23,961 nt of DNA from Candidatus Bathyarchaeia archaeon (GTDB lineage Archaea; Thermoproteota; Bathyarchaeia; Bathyarchaeales; Bathycorpusculaceae): NCBI GenBank assembly GCA_038882655.1, contig JAVZNT010000014.1:1-23961 (forward strand), read 5' to 3'. How positions within the stretch are numbered: position 1 is the first letter of the stretch; each line of letters starts with the position of its first letter. Shown here one piece after another: positions 1 through 7,635 of the stretch. The notes below the pieces were generated by a model. It did no database searches, had not been told where the DNA came from, and saw nothing but the letters and a program-made list of their open reading frames with translations. The position numbers and the translations under genes are program-made.

Positions 1-72
1 TTTTTAACTTGTTTATTCTTGCGGGTGTGCTCTCAGACCAGAGGGCACATCCATTCGCGCAATAGTTAAAAA
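1..72. ncRNA. Candidate structured RNA or hairpin immediately 3' of the DUF3800-like gene
   Basis: Nested inverted repeats: TTTTTAACT (1-9)/AGTTAAAAA (64-72), TTGCG (19-23)/CGCAA (58-62), and a 12-bp stem 23-34/41-52 (two G-T pairs on + strand) closing the loop AGACCA. May be truncated by the window edge. Confidence 0.35.
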
Positions 73-76
73 TATA

Positions 77-1114
77 TTACTTCTTGGAAACTAAAGTTGA
101 AGCTTTAACGATTTCGATGTCTACACCTAAATTCTGCAAATATTTTGCAGCTTTAACACCTTCTGCTCCTATGCAGATAGCAATTCCACCAGTCAAAAGC
201 AAACGACGATCCTCCTTAGAATTTGGATCAACAAACTTCACAGTTCCTTTCCTATTATAAGCAAACTCGCAAATACGACTCCATAAAGGAGAACTTCGAA
301 CAAGCTGACTTTCCTCCTTAAAACCCGAAGGGTACTCCTTAAGAATAAAGATCAAAGGGCGTTTAAGTTTAGGCAACGTATCAATTTTCTGCTTTTTTAT
401 AGGTGTAATATACTTCAAATACTTTTGTCCTAAGAAACTCACTCGAAGCCTATCTCCCAATTCCTTAAAGCAAGAACTAATATTCTTTGGAAAAAGGGAA
501 GCCTTAGAAAGATACAGTCTGCGATCCAAAAGCTCAACGGCGATATCGGCCATAGCTAATATTGGATACATTTCATCACCAGCAAGATATACATTCAAAT
601 CTCTATCCTTGATAAGTTCCCACCCAAGCGTAACTTCACCCTCAAAATGATCTAAATGAAAACTAACATTTGCATCAGAATTGTCATATACATACTTCCA
701 GGCACAACAGTGAGGATAACTTGAACTAAGCTTATTCAAAAACTCAACAGGCTTGATCTCCTCGACACCACTTTTATCAGCTCCATACAGCTTCACCACA
801 GGCAACTTTTCCGTGAACAAATAAGAGTAATAGTAATCAACATTCACAAATCTATCAGAAAGATTGTCAAACAACTCGTTTAGAAAGGATACGCCATCCT
901 TAAGCGATAACGTCGAAAGGACATCATATGCCTTATAAACTAACTTTTTTCTTGCAATACCATATTTTTTACAAAGCTCCTCGAGAAGATCAAAATAAGC
1001 TGATTCAAACGCATCAACTTTATCAATTGTCAAAGCGACTCCGGTGCAAGCCTTAAAAACCCCCAGCCTACCTTTCCGAACAAAATCGCCAGAATCAATA
1101 GCCACTAAAGACAT
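77..1114 (-). CDS. Hypothetical protein, DUF3800-like RNase H-fold nuclease with extra C-terminal alpha/beta domain
   Basis: 345-aa ORF. N-terminal LVAIDSG (cf. YxDESG), central FHLD155 and YPILAMAD190IAV (cf. PxxQLADxxA) give three spaced Asp residues like DUF3800. Family call by eye. Confidence 0.55.
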   Translation of the reverse strand: MSLVAIDSGDFVRKGRLGVFKACTGVALTIDKVDAFESAYFDLLEELCKKYGIARKKLVYKAYDVLSTLSLKDGVSFLNELFDNLSDRFVNVDYYYSYLFTEKLPVVKLYGADKSGVEEIKPVEFLNKLSSSYPHCCAWKYVYDNSDANVSFHLDHFEGEVTLGWELIKDRDLNVYLAGDEMYPILAMADIAVELLDRRLYLSKASLFPKNISSCFKELGDRLRVSFLGQKYLKYITPIKKQKIDTLPKLKRPLIFILKEYPSGFKEESQLVRSSPLWSRICEFAYNRKGTVKFVDPNSKEDRRLLLTGGIAICIGAEGVKAAKYLQNLGVDIEIVKASTLVSKK

Positions 1115-1264
1115 AGCTAAACACCATCAACTCCTTAACTATAACCATTTTATATTTAAAACCTACAACAACTTAATGTTCACGTGTGTCCATATGCCTG
1201 GTTTACAACTACAAGTCATGTTAGTCGTTGGTTGTGCGAGACGTGATTTGCGGAGGGCAGCTGA

Positions 1265-2119
1265 ATGAAAGAAGAGGTCTCGCAAAAAGCCAGATTCTTC
1301 GACGTTGATGGATCCATTAAACGCTCAGTAAATGAGGCTCTTGAGAAATTAAAGGTTTTCAGAACAAAATACCCTTTTGCTGAGAACCCAGAAGCGATAG
1401 AAACCCTGACCCCAGAGGACATTTTTAGAACAGATAAAGGCGAAATCGGAGAATTCTTTCATTACATAGAGTATTACCTTAAACCCCTCGGGCACCTTCG
1501 AACATATCCAAAAGTATATCTTCAAATACGAAAGCAAATAGACCTCTTCAAGGACTTGCTTTACATTGTGGTTGATAAAAAGAAGTCTCTTGCTGAAAAA
1601 GTAGATGCACCATGGAACGAAATTAAGGGTTTAGGCGGAGATAGCCACATCGCCAAGAAAATCATCTTCTGCTTCAACTACGAAACGAGCTCAGTAATCC
1701 CAATCTTCAGCACAAGCCACATTGAACACTTCCTAAACATAATCCAAGAAACACCATGGCTTCCCATACATTATGACGCCTTGAGCCTCGGCGAAAAATA
1801 CGAGACCCTCACAACAGAGCTTCTAAAAGCAAAAGTAAGCTCACAGGTAACCAAACCATGGGAAATAACCTACTTCTGCAAATTCCTATACGAAACCTAC
1901 ACACCGCCAAAAATAATCACAGAAGCCCAACGGAAAAAACTGCGAGAAAAAGCACTAATGGAACAGCGACAACAATTCGCCAAATTCATTGAACTGTTAA
2001 ACGAATTAAAAGCAAAAGGCAAAATCTCCGCCGAACAATGGAGGACATACTCTGAGCAATGGCAAAAGAACTCAGAAATCAGACAAGAACTAACTAATAA
2101 GCTCAGACAATTGAAGTGA
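1265..2119 (+). CDS. Hypothetical protein, HhH-like helical domain plus SHOCT-like C-terminus
   Basis: 284-aa ORF with GGAGGG RBS. Contains EIKGLGG (HhH-like), IPIFSTSHIEHFL, WEITYFCKFLY and C-terminal LLNELKAKGKISAEQW. Confidence 0.6.
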   Translation: MKEEVSQKARFFDVDGSIKRSVNEALEKLKVFRTKYPFAENPEAIETLTPEDIFRTDKGEIGEFFHYIEYYLKPLGHLRTYPKVYLQIRKQIDLFKDLLYIVVDKKKSLAEKVDAPWNEIKGLGGDSHIAKKIIFCFNYETSSVIPIFSTSHIEHFLNIIQETPWLPIHYDALSLGEKYETLTTELLKAKVSSQVTKPWEITYFCKFLYETYTPPKIITEAQRKKLREKALMEQRQQFAKFIELLNELKAKGKISAEQWRTYSEQWQKNSEIRQELTNKLRQLK

Positions 2120-2234
2120 AAAAATCTTGTAATATCTTAAAACATGTCAAAAACAAGCAATACCATCAAATACCTTTAAAATCTTTTATAAAAAATTTAA
2201 TGTTGTATGCCCTTTTTTGGGTAACTGCATTAAA

Positions 2235-2288
2235 TCATCGCAAAATTCTGGAAGATTTAGATGCAAAGATATTCTTAACACCAGACAC
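2235..2288 (-). pseudogene. Possible 5' remnant of a wHTH/AbiEi-type antitoxin gene (MSGVKNIFASKSSRILR*)
   Basis: GTG start with GGGTGA RBS and TATA box upstream; 17 codons then TGA. The peptide resembles the NxFxxKxSRxLR segment I recall from AbiEi-family wHTH proteins. Confidence 0.25.
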
Positions 2289-2310
2289 AAACTCACCCAC
2301 ACATAACATC

Positions 2311-2351
2311 CTGCTCAATGCCCTATATAAATGCTCAACAAAATTGAGCAG
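2311..2351. promoter_or_regulatory. TATA box flanked by three TGCTCAA boxes (putative operator)
   Basis: TGCTCAA at 2312-2318 and 2332-2338, inverted copy TTGAGCA at 2344-2350. CTGCTCAAT/ATTGAGCAG is a perfect 9-bp inverted repeat. TATATAAAT lies between the first two boxes. Confidence 0.55.
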
Positions 2352-2474
2352 CCCGCTTCTCAATCATAATAACAGTTATAACAAAAACAACTGAGGACTA
2401 CATCCTAACAAAAATGCCAATAAATTCAACCAAAAACAGAAAAAGAGGTAATCTGTAGATTATAGGCAAGTATT

Positions 2475-2618
2475 TTAGTAGCGTGAAAACCTGTATGCGC
2501 AGTTTCGGCACAGATACCGCTGAACCTCTCTTTGACGAGTATATCTGATACCATCTCCATCTTTATACACACGTTCGCAACCACACATTGGACACTTAAC
2601 AGCCTTCTCATCCGCCAC
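2475..2618 (-). CDS. Small Zn-ribbon protein (IS1 InsA-like or integrase N-terminal-like), absent from the ORF track
   Basis: MADEKAVKCPMCGCERVYKDGDGIRYTRQREVQRYLCRNCAYRFSRY* (47 aa) with CxxC...KDG...QRYLCxxC. GGAGGTGA RBS 5 nt before the GTG; alternative ATG at 2633. Confidence 0.65.
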   Translation of the reverse strand: MADEKAVKCPMCGCERVYKDGDGIRYTRQREVQRYLCRNCAYRFSRY

Positions 2619-2638
2619 CGATTTCACCTCCATTTGCT

Positions 2639-2727
2639 AATTTACCGCTCATTTGAGGTAAATTCTAAAAAAGGGGGATTTGCGGGGGAGAATTCGCCGT
2701 TTTCTCTGAAAATAGGGCAACCCCGCA
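2639..2727. repeat. Two adjacent inverted repeats
   Basis: AATTTACC (2639-2646)/GGTAAATT (2657-2664). TGCGGGG (2681-2687)/CCCCGCA (2721-2727) encloses an inner GAGAA/TTCTC stem. Confidence 0.5.
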
Positions 2728-2822
2728 GCCAAGAATATGAATGCCAGCAAGTTATTTTTGTTTTTTGTGCGTGCTTACAAAAAGCTTTTACTTTTATGGT
2801 GAACTTTTATTTTGTGGTGATT

Positions 2823-2975
2823 GTGTTGGATGTTAAGCTTTTTGTTGATGGTGAGGAGATAAGCCTTAACAAGTTTGTCGTTAAGATTTTGGGCGGCACT
2901 ATTGTTGGGGCTGTGGGTGCTCTACGTGGTATTAAGGAGGATTGGAAGGAGATTAAGATAGAGATTAAGCGATAG
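2823..2975 (+). CDS. Small protein resembling the C-terminal domain of archaeal MobB proteins
   Basis: 50 aa, MLDVKLFVDGEEISLNKFVVKILGGTIVGAVGALRGIKEDWKEIKIEIKR. GTGGTGA RBS before GTG 2823; the track's start at 2532 is over-extended. Confidence 0.65.
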   Translation: MLDVKLFVDGEEISLNKFVVKILGGTIVGAVGALRGIKEDWKEIKIEIKR

Positions 2976-2979
2976 TTGC

Positions 2980-3660
2980 ATGAGTGGGAGGTGTGTTGAG
3001 GGCGTGATTCCAGAAGCTCATAAGAGGCATTTGCAAGAGGAGTTGGCGGGTAAGCTGCAAAACCCTGTTAAGCTTGTTGTCTTTACGCAGGAGTATGAGT
3101 GCCCTCATTGTGCTCAGGCTAGAAGCCTTGCTGAGGAGTTGGCGGGTTTAAGCGATAAGATAGGCGTTGCGGTTTATGATTTTGTGGCTGACTCTGAGAA
3201 GGCTAAGGCCTATGGTGTTGACAAGGTTCCAGCAGTGGCGATTATCAGCGAGAAGGATTTTGGTATCCGATTTTATGGCTTGCCCTATGGTTATGAGTTT
3301 GGGACTCTTTTGGAGGGCATGATTGCTGTTTCTCGGGGAAGGTCGGATATTTCTGAGGATGTTAGAGGGCGGCTTAAAGGTGTGAGGACGCCGGTGCACA
3401 TTCAAGTTTTTGTGACTTTGACTTGTCCTTATTGCCCTTCTGTTGCAAGCCTTGCCTACAAGTTTGCTGTTGAAAGCGACTTTGTTAAGGCTGATGTTAT
3501 TGATGTAAGCGAGTTTCCCCATATTGGGCATAAGTATGCTGTTATGGGTGTTCCAAAAACTGTTATTAATGAGAAGGTGGAGTTTGTTGGAGCTGTTCCG
3601 GAAGACATTTTTCTAGAGCATGTCTTGCTTGCTGCTCGCCGTCCAGAATATGTCCTATAA
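2980..3660 (+). CDS. Protein disulfide oxidoreductase (two thioredoxin folds, AhpF N-terminal-like)
   Basis: CPHC and CPYC active sites, IRFYGLPYGYEF, VMGVPKTVIN. Confidence 0.92.
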   Translation: MSGRCVEGVIPEAHKRHLQEELAGKLQNPVKLVVFTQEYECPHCAQARSLAEELAGLSDKIGVAVYDFVADSEKAKAYGVDKVPAVAIISEKDFGIRFYGLPYGYEFGTLLEGMIAVSRGRSDISEDVRGRLKGVRTPVHIQVFVTLTCPYCPSVASLAYKFAVESDFVKADVIDVSEFPHIGHKYAVMGVPKTVINEKVEFVGAVPEDIFLEHVLLAARRPEYVL

Positions 3661-3669
3661 CCATTCAAA

Positions 3670-4485
3670 GTGGTGCAAAATCTGGCTGGCAGTAAAGAGT
3701 TTTTAACTTTAGTTTTTGTTTACAGCGGCGAGTTTGCGGAACGCGTAATAAGGAATCTTATTAATGACCCGAGTTTCTGCAAGTCTTGCGGCTTGTACTG
3801 TGACTCGTGTAAGTATGGCGTCTACAGTTATGTGCGGAACATTCGCGCTGCTATAGAGCTTCCGAAACCTTCGGACTTGCCAGCCTTTATAGACAAGCCA
3901 GAAGAATACATGCCCAAAAACGTTCCGAAGGCGGGTTTGTGTGTGGCTTCTGGACTGCATAAGGACCTGCTTTTGGAACTTCCAAGCCACATTGCGAAGG
4001 CTGGTGTTAAGGGCTTAATTGTGCCCGTTGAAGATTTTAACGAGGTTCCATCTGGCTTGAGGAAGCAGTTGGAGGAGCGCTGCATAGAGCTTGGCTTGGA
4101 GTACGCCTTTCCAAAGCCCTTCTGCTCGCTTGAACCTTCAAAAGATAAGCCATTAATCACCCGTTTTTTGGAGGAGTTGGGTGTAGGGCGTCCAAAACTT
4201 GAAATTTCTACCGCTAGGCGGGGCGGACGTGAGGTTGTTGAGGCGGCTATTGTTAGGCGTAGTGCCCCTTGCGGCTCAACATGGTATGTGGCGAGAAAGC
4301 TCATAGGCGTTGAAACGAAACGAGAAATTTTATACGATGCTATTGCAAAGGCGCATCATAGCTATCCGTGTACGGCGACGATGAACGTTGACCCGGAAGC
4401 AAAAGAGCCCATCCTCCACATTGGTGGCTACATAATAAGGGAAGAAGTAGAAAAGGCATTGGAAAAGGCTGAGATTACGACTTAA
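3670..4485 (+). CDS. DUF166 family protein
   Basis: FPKPFCSL, VRRSAPCGSTWYVARKL, HHSYPCTATM and ILHIGGY motifs; extra N-terminal CxxCxxxCxxC. Confidence 0.8.
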   Translation: MVQNLAGSKEFLTLVFVYSGEFAERVIRNLINDPSFCKSCGLYCDSCKYGVYSYVRNIRAAIELPKPSDLPAFIDKPEEYMPKNVPKAGLCVASGLHKDLLLELPSHIAKAGVKGLIVPVEDFNEVPSGLRKQLEERCIELGLEYAFPKPFCSLEPSKDKPLITRFLEELGVGRPKLEISTARRGGREVVEAAIVRRSAPCGSTWYVARKLIGVETKREILYDAIAKAHHSYPCTATMNVDPEAKEPILHIGGYIIREEVEKALEKAEITT

Positions 4486-4877
4486 CTTTTCTGTAACCGC
4501 TTAATGAGGTCAAGGACTTTGGTTTTAATGGCATCTCGGATTTTTCTCGCTTCGTCTAATGGCATTTTGGCTGGGTCTGGCATGTTCCACTCTTCCACAT
4601 GCCTTGCGTAAACCACTGGGCAGAGGGAGCCGCTGCACACGATTATGGCTACTTCAGCCCTTTCCTGAAGCTCCCTCGTCATCATTTGGGGCTTTTTGTG
4701 GCTTATATCTATACCCTCTTCAAGCATAAGTTTAACAGCGTTTGGATGAACCCTCTCCGCTGGTTTTAAGCCAGCGCTCGTGGCTTTCCAGCCGCTTGGC
4801 GCATACTTGTTAAAGTAGGCTTCTGCAATCTGGCTCCTAAAACTGTTCTCAACGCAAACAAATAGAACAGTTTTCAT
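4482..4877 (-). CDS. arsC: Arsenate reductase ArsC / LMW-PTP family protein
   Basis: P-loop CVENSFRSQIAEA (Cx5R), resolving pair CSGSLC, WNMPDP. Confidence 0.82.
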   Translation of the reverse strand: MKTVLFVCVENSFRSQIAEAYFNKYAPSGWKATSAGLKPAERVHPNAVKLMLEEGIDISHKKPQMMTRELQERAEVAIIVCSGSLCPVVYARHVEEWNMPDPAKMPLDEARKIRDAIKTKVLDLIKRLQKS

Positions 4878-4904
4878 TTATATTCCTTCATGTAGCTTAA
4901 ACAC

Positions 4905-4930
4905 TTTTATTCACAAAGGTGGCAATAAAA
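4905..4930. promoter_or_regulatory. Inverted repeat in the arsC/DUF6448 divergent intergenic region
   Basis: TTTTATT (4905-4911)-12 nt-AATAAAA (4924-4930), with inner CAC/GTG. Confidence 0.35.
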
Positions 4931-4946
4931 ATTGGGGTGATTCTGA

Positions 4947-5489
4947 GTGCCACCTCATTGTGATACCTTAGATGGGCCTGTCGTTATGGCTGCCAAGAAA
5001 GCTCTGGAAACGGGGAATATCAACTTCATACTTCCTTGGGTGCCGAAGAAGGCTGAAGATGAGTTGAGAAGAGCTTTTAAGAAAACTCTTCAAGCTCGAA
5101 AATTGGGTAAGGAAGCGGTTGAGGTTGCTGATTACTGGTTTTTTGAAACCGCTGTGCGTTTGCATAGAGAGGGTGAAGGAGCACCTTACACGGGGCTTAA
5201 GCCTGCCGGACTGGATTGGGGGCCAATTGTGCCACGCGCAGATAGAGCAATCGAAAAAGGCGATGCTAAAGAGGTTATACACTTCATAATGCACGCTGTT
5301 GAGGAAGAGCTGGAAAAAAGGTTTAGGCACACTATGGAAAAGAAGAATTACGACGTGAATGATGTGGATGCTGCAAGGGAATATGTGCAGGCAATGCTTG
5401 GCTTCGTTTTGTATGCACATCACTTATACGAGTTTGTAAAGGGCGGAAAAATGCACGGCGAAGAAGGAATGGCCGGACACAAACATTAG
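4947..5489 (+). CDS. DUF6448 family protein (N-terminal HCDTxDGPVV)
   Basis: MPPHCDTLDGPVV, FFETAVRLHREGEGAPYTGLKPAG, His-rich C-terminus. GGGGTGA RBS. Confidence 0.8.
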   Translation: MPPHCDTLDGPVVMAAKKALETGNINFILPWVPKKAEDELRRAFKKTLQARKLGKEAVEVADYWFFETAVRLHREGEGAPYTGLKPAGLDWGPIVPRADRAIEKGDAKEVIHFIMHAVEEELEKRFRHTMEKKNYDVNDVDAAREYVQAMLGFVLYAHHLYEFVKGGKMHGEEGMAGHKH

Positions 5490-5502
5490 CTGTAGGACAA
5501 CC

Positions 5503-6372
5503 ATGAAAGAGCAAGTAGCCGAAACCAGCGGAATAAAAATTGCACTCACCAGCTACATAGTACTGGTAGGTTTACAGTTGGCAACTTACTCCATAACCAA
5601 AATACTAATACTGCTGGCGCAAGCATTAGAAATGTTGAGCGACGTCTTAATTTCCCTTTTTCTTTTGTTATCCACATATTGGTCAAAAAAACCAGCAGAC
5701 GAATTCCACATGTTCGGCCACGGAAGAGCTCAAAACGTTGCCGCATTAGTTTCCGCCACAATTCTGATTTCCTTCATGAGCCTTGAAACTTTCAGAGAAG
5801 CCATTCCAAAATTTTTCCAGCCACCGGCCACAAGTCAACAATCAGATGTTTATGTCGCTCTTGCTGTTGTGTTATTAGGCATGTTTGTGGTTGCTATTCC
5901 AACAATTTACATCTTCAAGGTCGGTGCAAAGGGCGCCTCGGTAAAAGCACAAGCAGTGGCGCTTATCAAAGACGAGTTTTCCTATATAGCCGCATTAATA
6001 GCCCTAATCCTAGTTGCGAATGGATTTTATTTGGCTGATCCGCTAGCCTCAACAATAGTTGCCGCTATTATTGCTTTTAGCGGCGCATATTTGTTTAAGG
6101 ATAATATCCATTACCTTGTTGGCAAGGCGCCAAGCCGACAATTCTTGGAAAAAGTGGTGTCTGTGGCAAAGTCTGTCGAAGGTGTTTTAGGTGTCCATGA
6201 CCTAAAAGCCGAATACGTCGGTCCAGAAGTTATTCATGCAAGCCTCCACATAGAAGTGGCGAAGGGCACACCAATAGAAGAAGCTGACAGAATCGCGGAA
6301 GAAGTTAAAGAGAAAGTCAGCCGTGAAACTAGCTGCCAACACTGCACAATTCACGTTGACCCAGCAAATTAG
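5503..6372 (+). CDS. Cation diffusion facilitator (FieF/CzcD-like) transporter
   Basis: About six hydrophobic segments, KPADEFHMFGHGR loop, C-terminal VHDL...LHIEV...IHVDP domain. Confidence 0.9.
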   Translation: MKEQVAETSGIKIALTSYIVLVGLQLATYSITKILILLAQALEMLSDVLISLFLLLSTYWSKKPADEFHMFGHGRAQNVAALVSATILISFMSLETFREAIPKFFQPPATSQQSDVYVALAVVLLGMFVVAIPTIYIFKVGAKGASVKAQAVALIKDEFSYIAALIALILVANGFYLADPLASTIVAAIIAFSGAYLFKDNIHYLVGKAPSRQFLEKVVSVAKSVEGVLGVHDLKAEYVGPEVIHASLHIEVAKGTPIEEADRIAEEVKEKVSRETSCQHCTIHVDPAN

Positions 6373-6398
6373 AATGAAAAATAAAAGGGCTGTTGAGC

Positions 6399-7634
6399 TC
6401 AGCCTTCCCAGTCTAGGAGCCGCTTTTCGCCTTCAATCTTTTTCAAGTCTGTTATGTCTTGGGAAACTTCCATTGTTCCCAAATATTCGCCGTCCTTGTC
6501 TCTCACAGCGAAATATCTTATGTGGATTAGGCGGTCGCCCTTTTGTATCCAGAATTCCGCCACGTCTTTTTCGCCCTTCTTGAAGGCTTCAAGGATTCTG
6601 TTGACCACGTGGATGCTTTTCTGCGGATGGCAAAGTTGAACCTTTCTGCCCAAAATAGCCTTCGTCCTCACGAATATACGCTTATCGGCTTTGCTGAAGT
6701 ACTTGACGGCGTCGTCTTTATCCACAAATGTAATGTCCACTGGCAGCGTGTTTAAAATAGCCTCAACCTCCTCTTTCGTTAGCATTCCAGTTTCAAATTG
6801 TAATGTGCCTTCTGGCATGGGTTTCGCCTCGGCTGCTGGTTTTTCAAGCTTTTTGACTGGCTTGGCTATTAAGTGTTCTGGTGTGAAGCAGCAGTATCCA
6901 ATTTCGTCAAAATCCTCCCTTATGCTGGTCAACTCTTGTTCAGTGATGACACGCTGGGCTGCTGGAAAAAGAATGTTGTTTTCTTTGTAAATGTGGCTGT
7001 TAAGTATATCACCTACAGCCTTTGCCAGTTCGCCAAGCTGCCTCTTAAAATCTGGAAAATCCATTTTTGCGGCGTTTTCGATTAGGGCTTTGAGTTGCTT
7101 CTTCTTTTCCCTAAGCTGGTTGTGCTCCATCCACATTATTGCCGGCGGTTCGCTTATACCATGCCTTTCCAAAACTGGGAAGAGGGCGTTTTCCTCTCTC
7201 AAATAGTGCTTTTCAGCGTCTAAAAGCCCATCAGCAACATGCTTTAGCTGTGAAAATTCTCCAGCCACAGCATCGGGACTTTCGGCTTTCTGCACCTTTT
7301 CAGCCAAAATGTTAAGCTTCTCAGCTATTTGCTGAAGCATCCTATGCTCTTCTAGGAGTATGCCAATGGGGCTTGCTGGGGCAGTCTCAATCCTCTGTTT
7401 TTCTAGTTGCTCTTTGAAGATTGCCAAGTGAACGTCACAAAGCCTTTGAAGCTCCTCTCTTGACACGCCCTCACTAACAAGTTCCTGTTCAATTTTGGCT
7501 ATCTCAAGCGAGCTTACGCCCTCAAGAAACCGCCTAAAACGCTCTTTAACTTGTTCTGGGGAAACGCCAGCATGCAACTGCCTCAAAATCTCTTTTAAAA
7601 CCTTTTTACGCTCTTCTCCTGTCACTCCGCCCAT
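6399..7634 (-). CDS. DUF438 + hemerythrin + PAS domain protein
   Basis: IEQEL...LCDVH (DUF438); EEH, HYLREENALFP, MWMEH, HIYKENNILFP (hemerythrin); LPVDITFVD...LGRKVQLCHP (PAS). Likely start is ATG 7634, just after the fprA stop. Confidence 0.9.
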   Translation of the reverse strand: MGGVTGEERKKVLKEILRQLHAGVSPEQVKERFRRFLEGVSSLEIAKIEQELVSEGVSREELQRLCDVHLAIFKEQLEKQRIETAPASPIGILLEEHRMLQQIAEKLNILAEKVQKAESPDAVAGEFSQLKHVADGLLDAEKHYLREENALFPVLERHGISEPPAIMWMEHNQLREKKKQLKALIENAAKMDFPDFKRQLGELAKAVGDILNSHIYKENNILFPAAQRVITEQELTSIREDFDEIGYCCFTPEHLIAKPVKKLEKPAAEAKPMPEGTLQFETGMLTKEEVEAILNTLPVDITFVDKDDAVKYFSKADKRIFVRTKAILGRKVQLCHPQKSIHVVNRILEAFKKGEKDVAEFWIQKGDRLIHIRYFAVRDKDGEYLGTMEVSQDITDLKKIEGEKRLLDWEG

Positions 7635-7635
7635 T

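Noticed and set aside
2116-2394. 92-aa + strand ORF
   Set aside because: AT-rich, Asn/Lys-biased and motif-free; it spans the operator/TATA region and is probably a chance ORF.
2426-2611. 61-aa minus-strand ORF in the track
   Set aside because: It is an alternative frame of the Zn-ribbon gene (2475-2618), which has the RBS and the motifs.
2681-2727. Functional tRNA gene
   Set aside because: Too short, with no anticodon arm or TTCRA T-loop. Kept only as a possible scar.
2640-2800. Replication origin at the compositional skew switch
   Set aside because: No recognisable ORB repeats or cdc6/orc1 gene, and similar local skew changes occur elsewhere in the window.
2532-2822. Long N-terminus of the 147-aa ORF
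   Set aside because: It runs antisense through the Zn-ribbon ORF and the hairpins. Only the last 50 codons have an RBS and a recognisable pattern.
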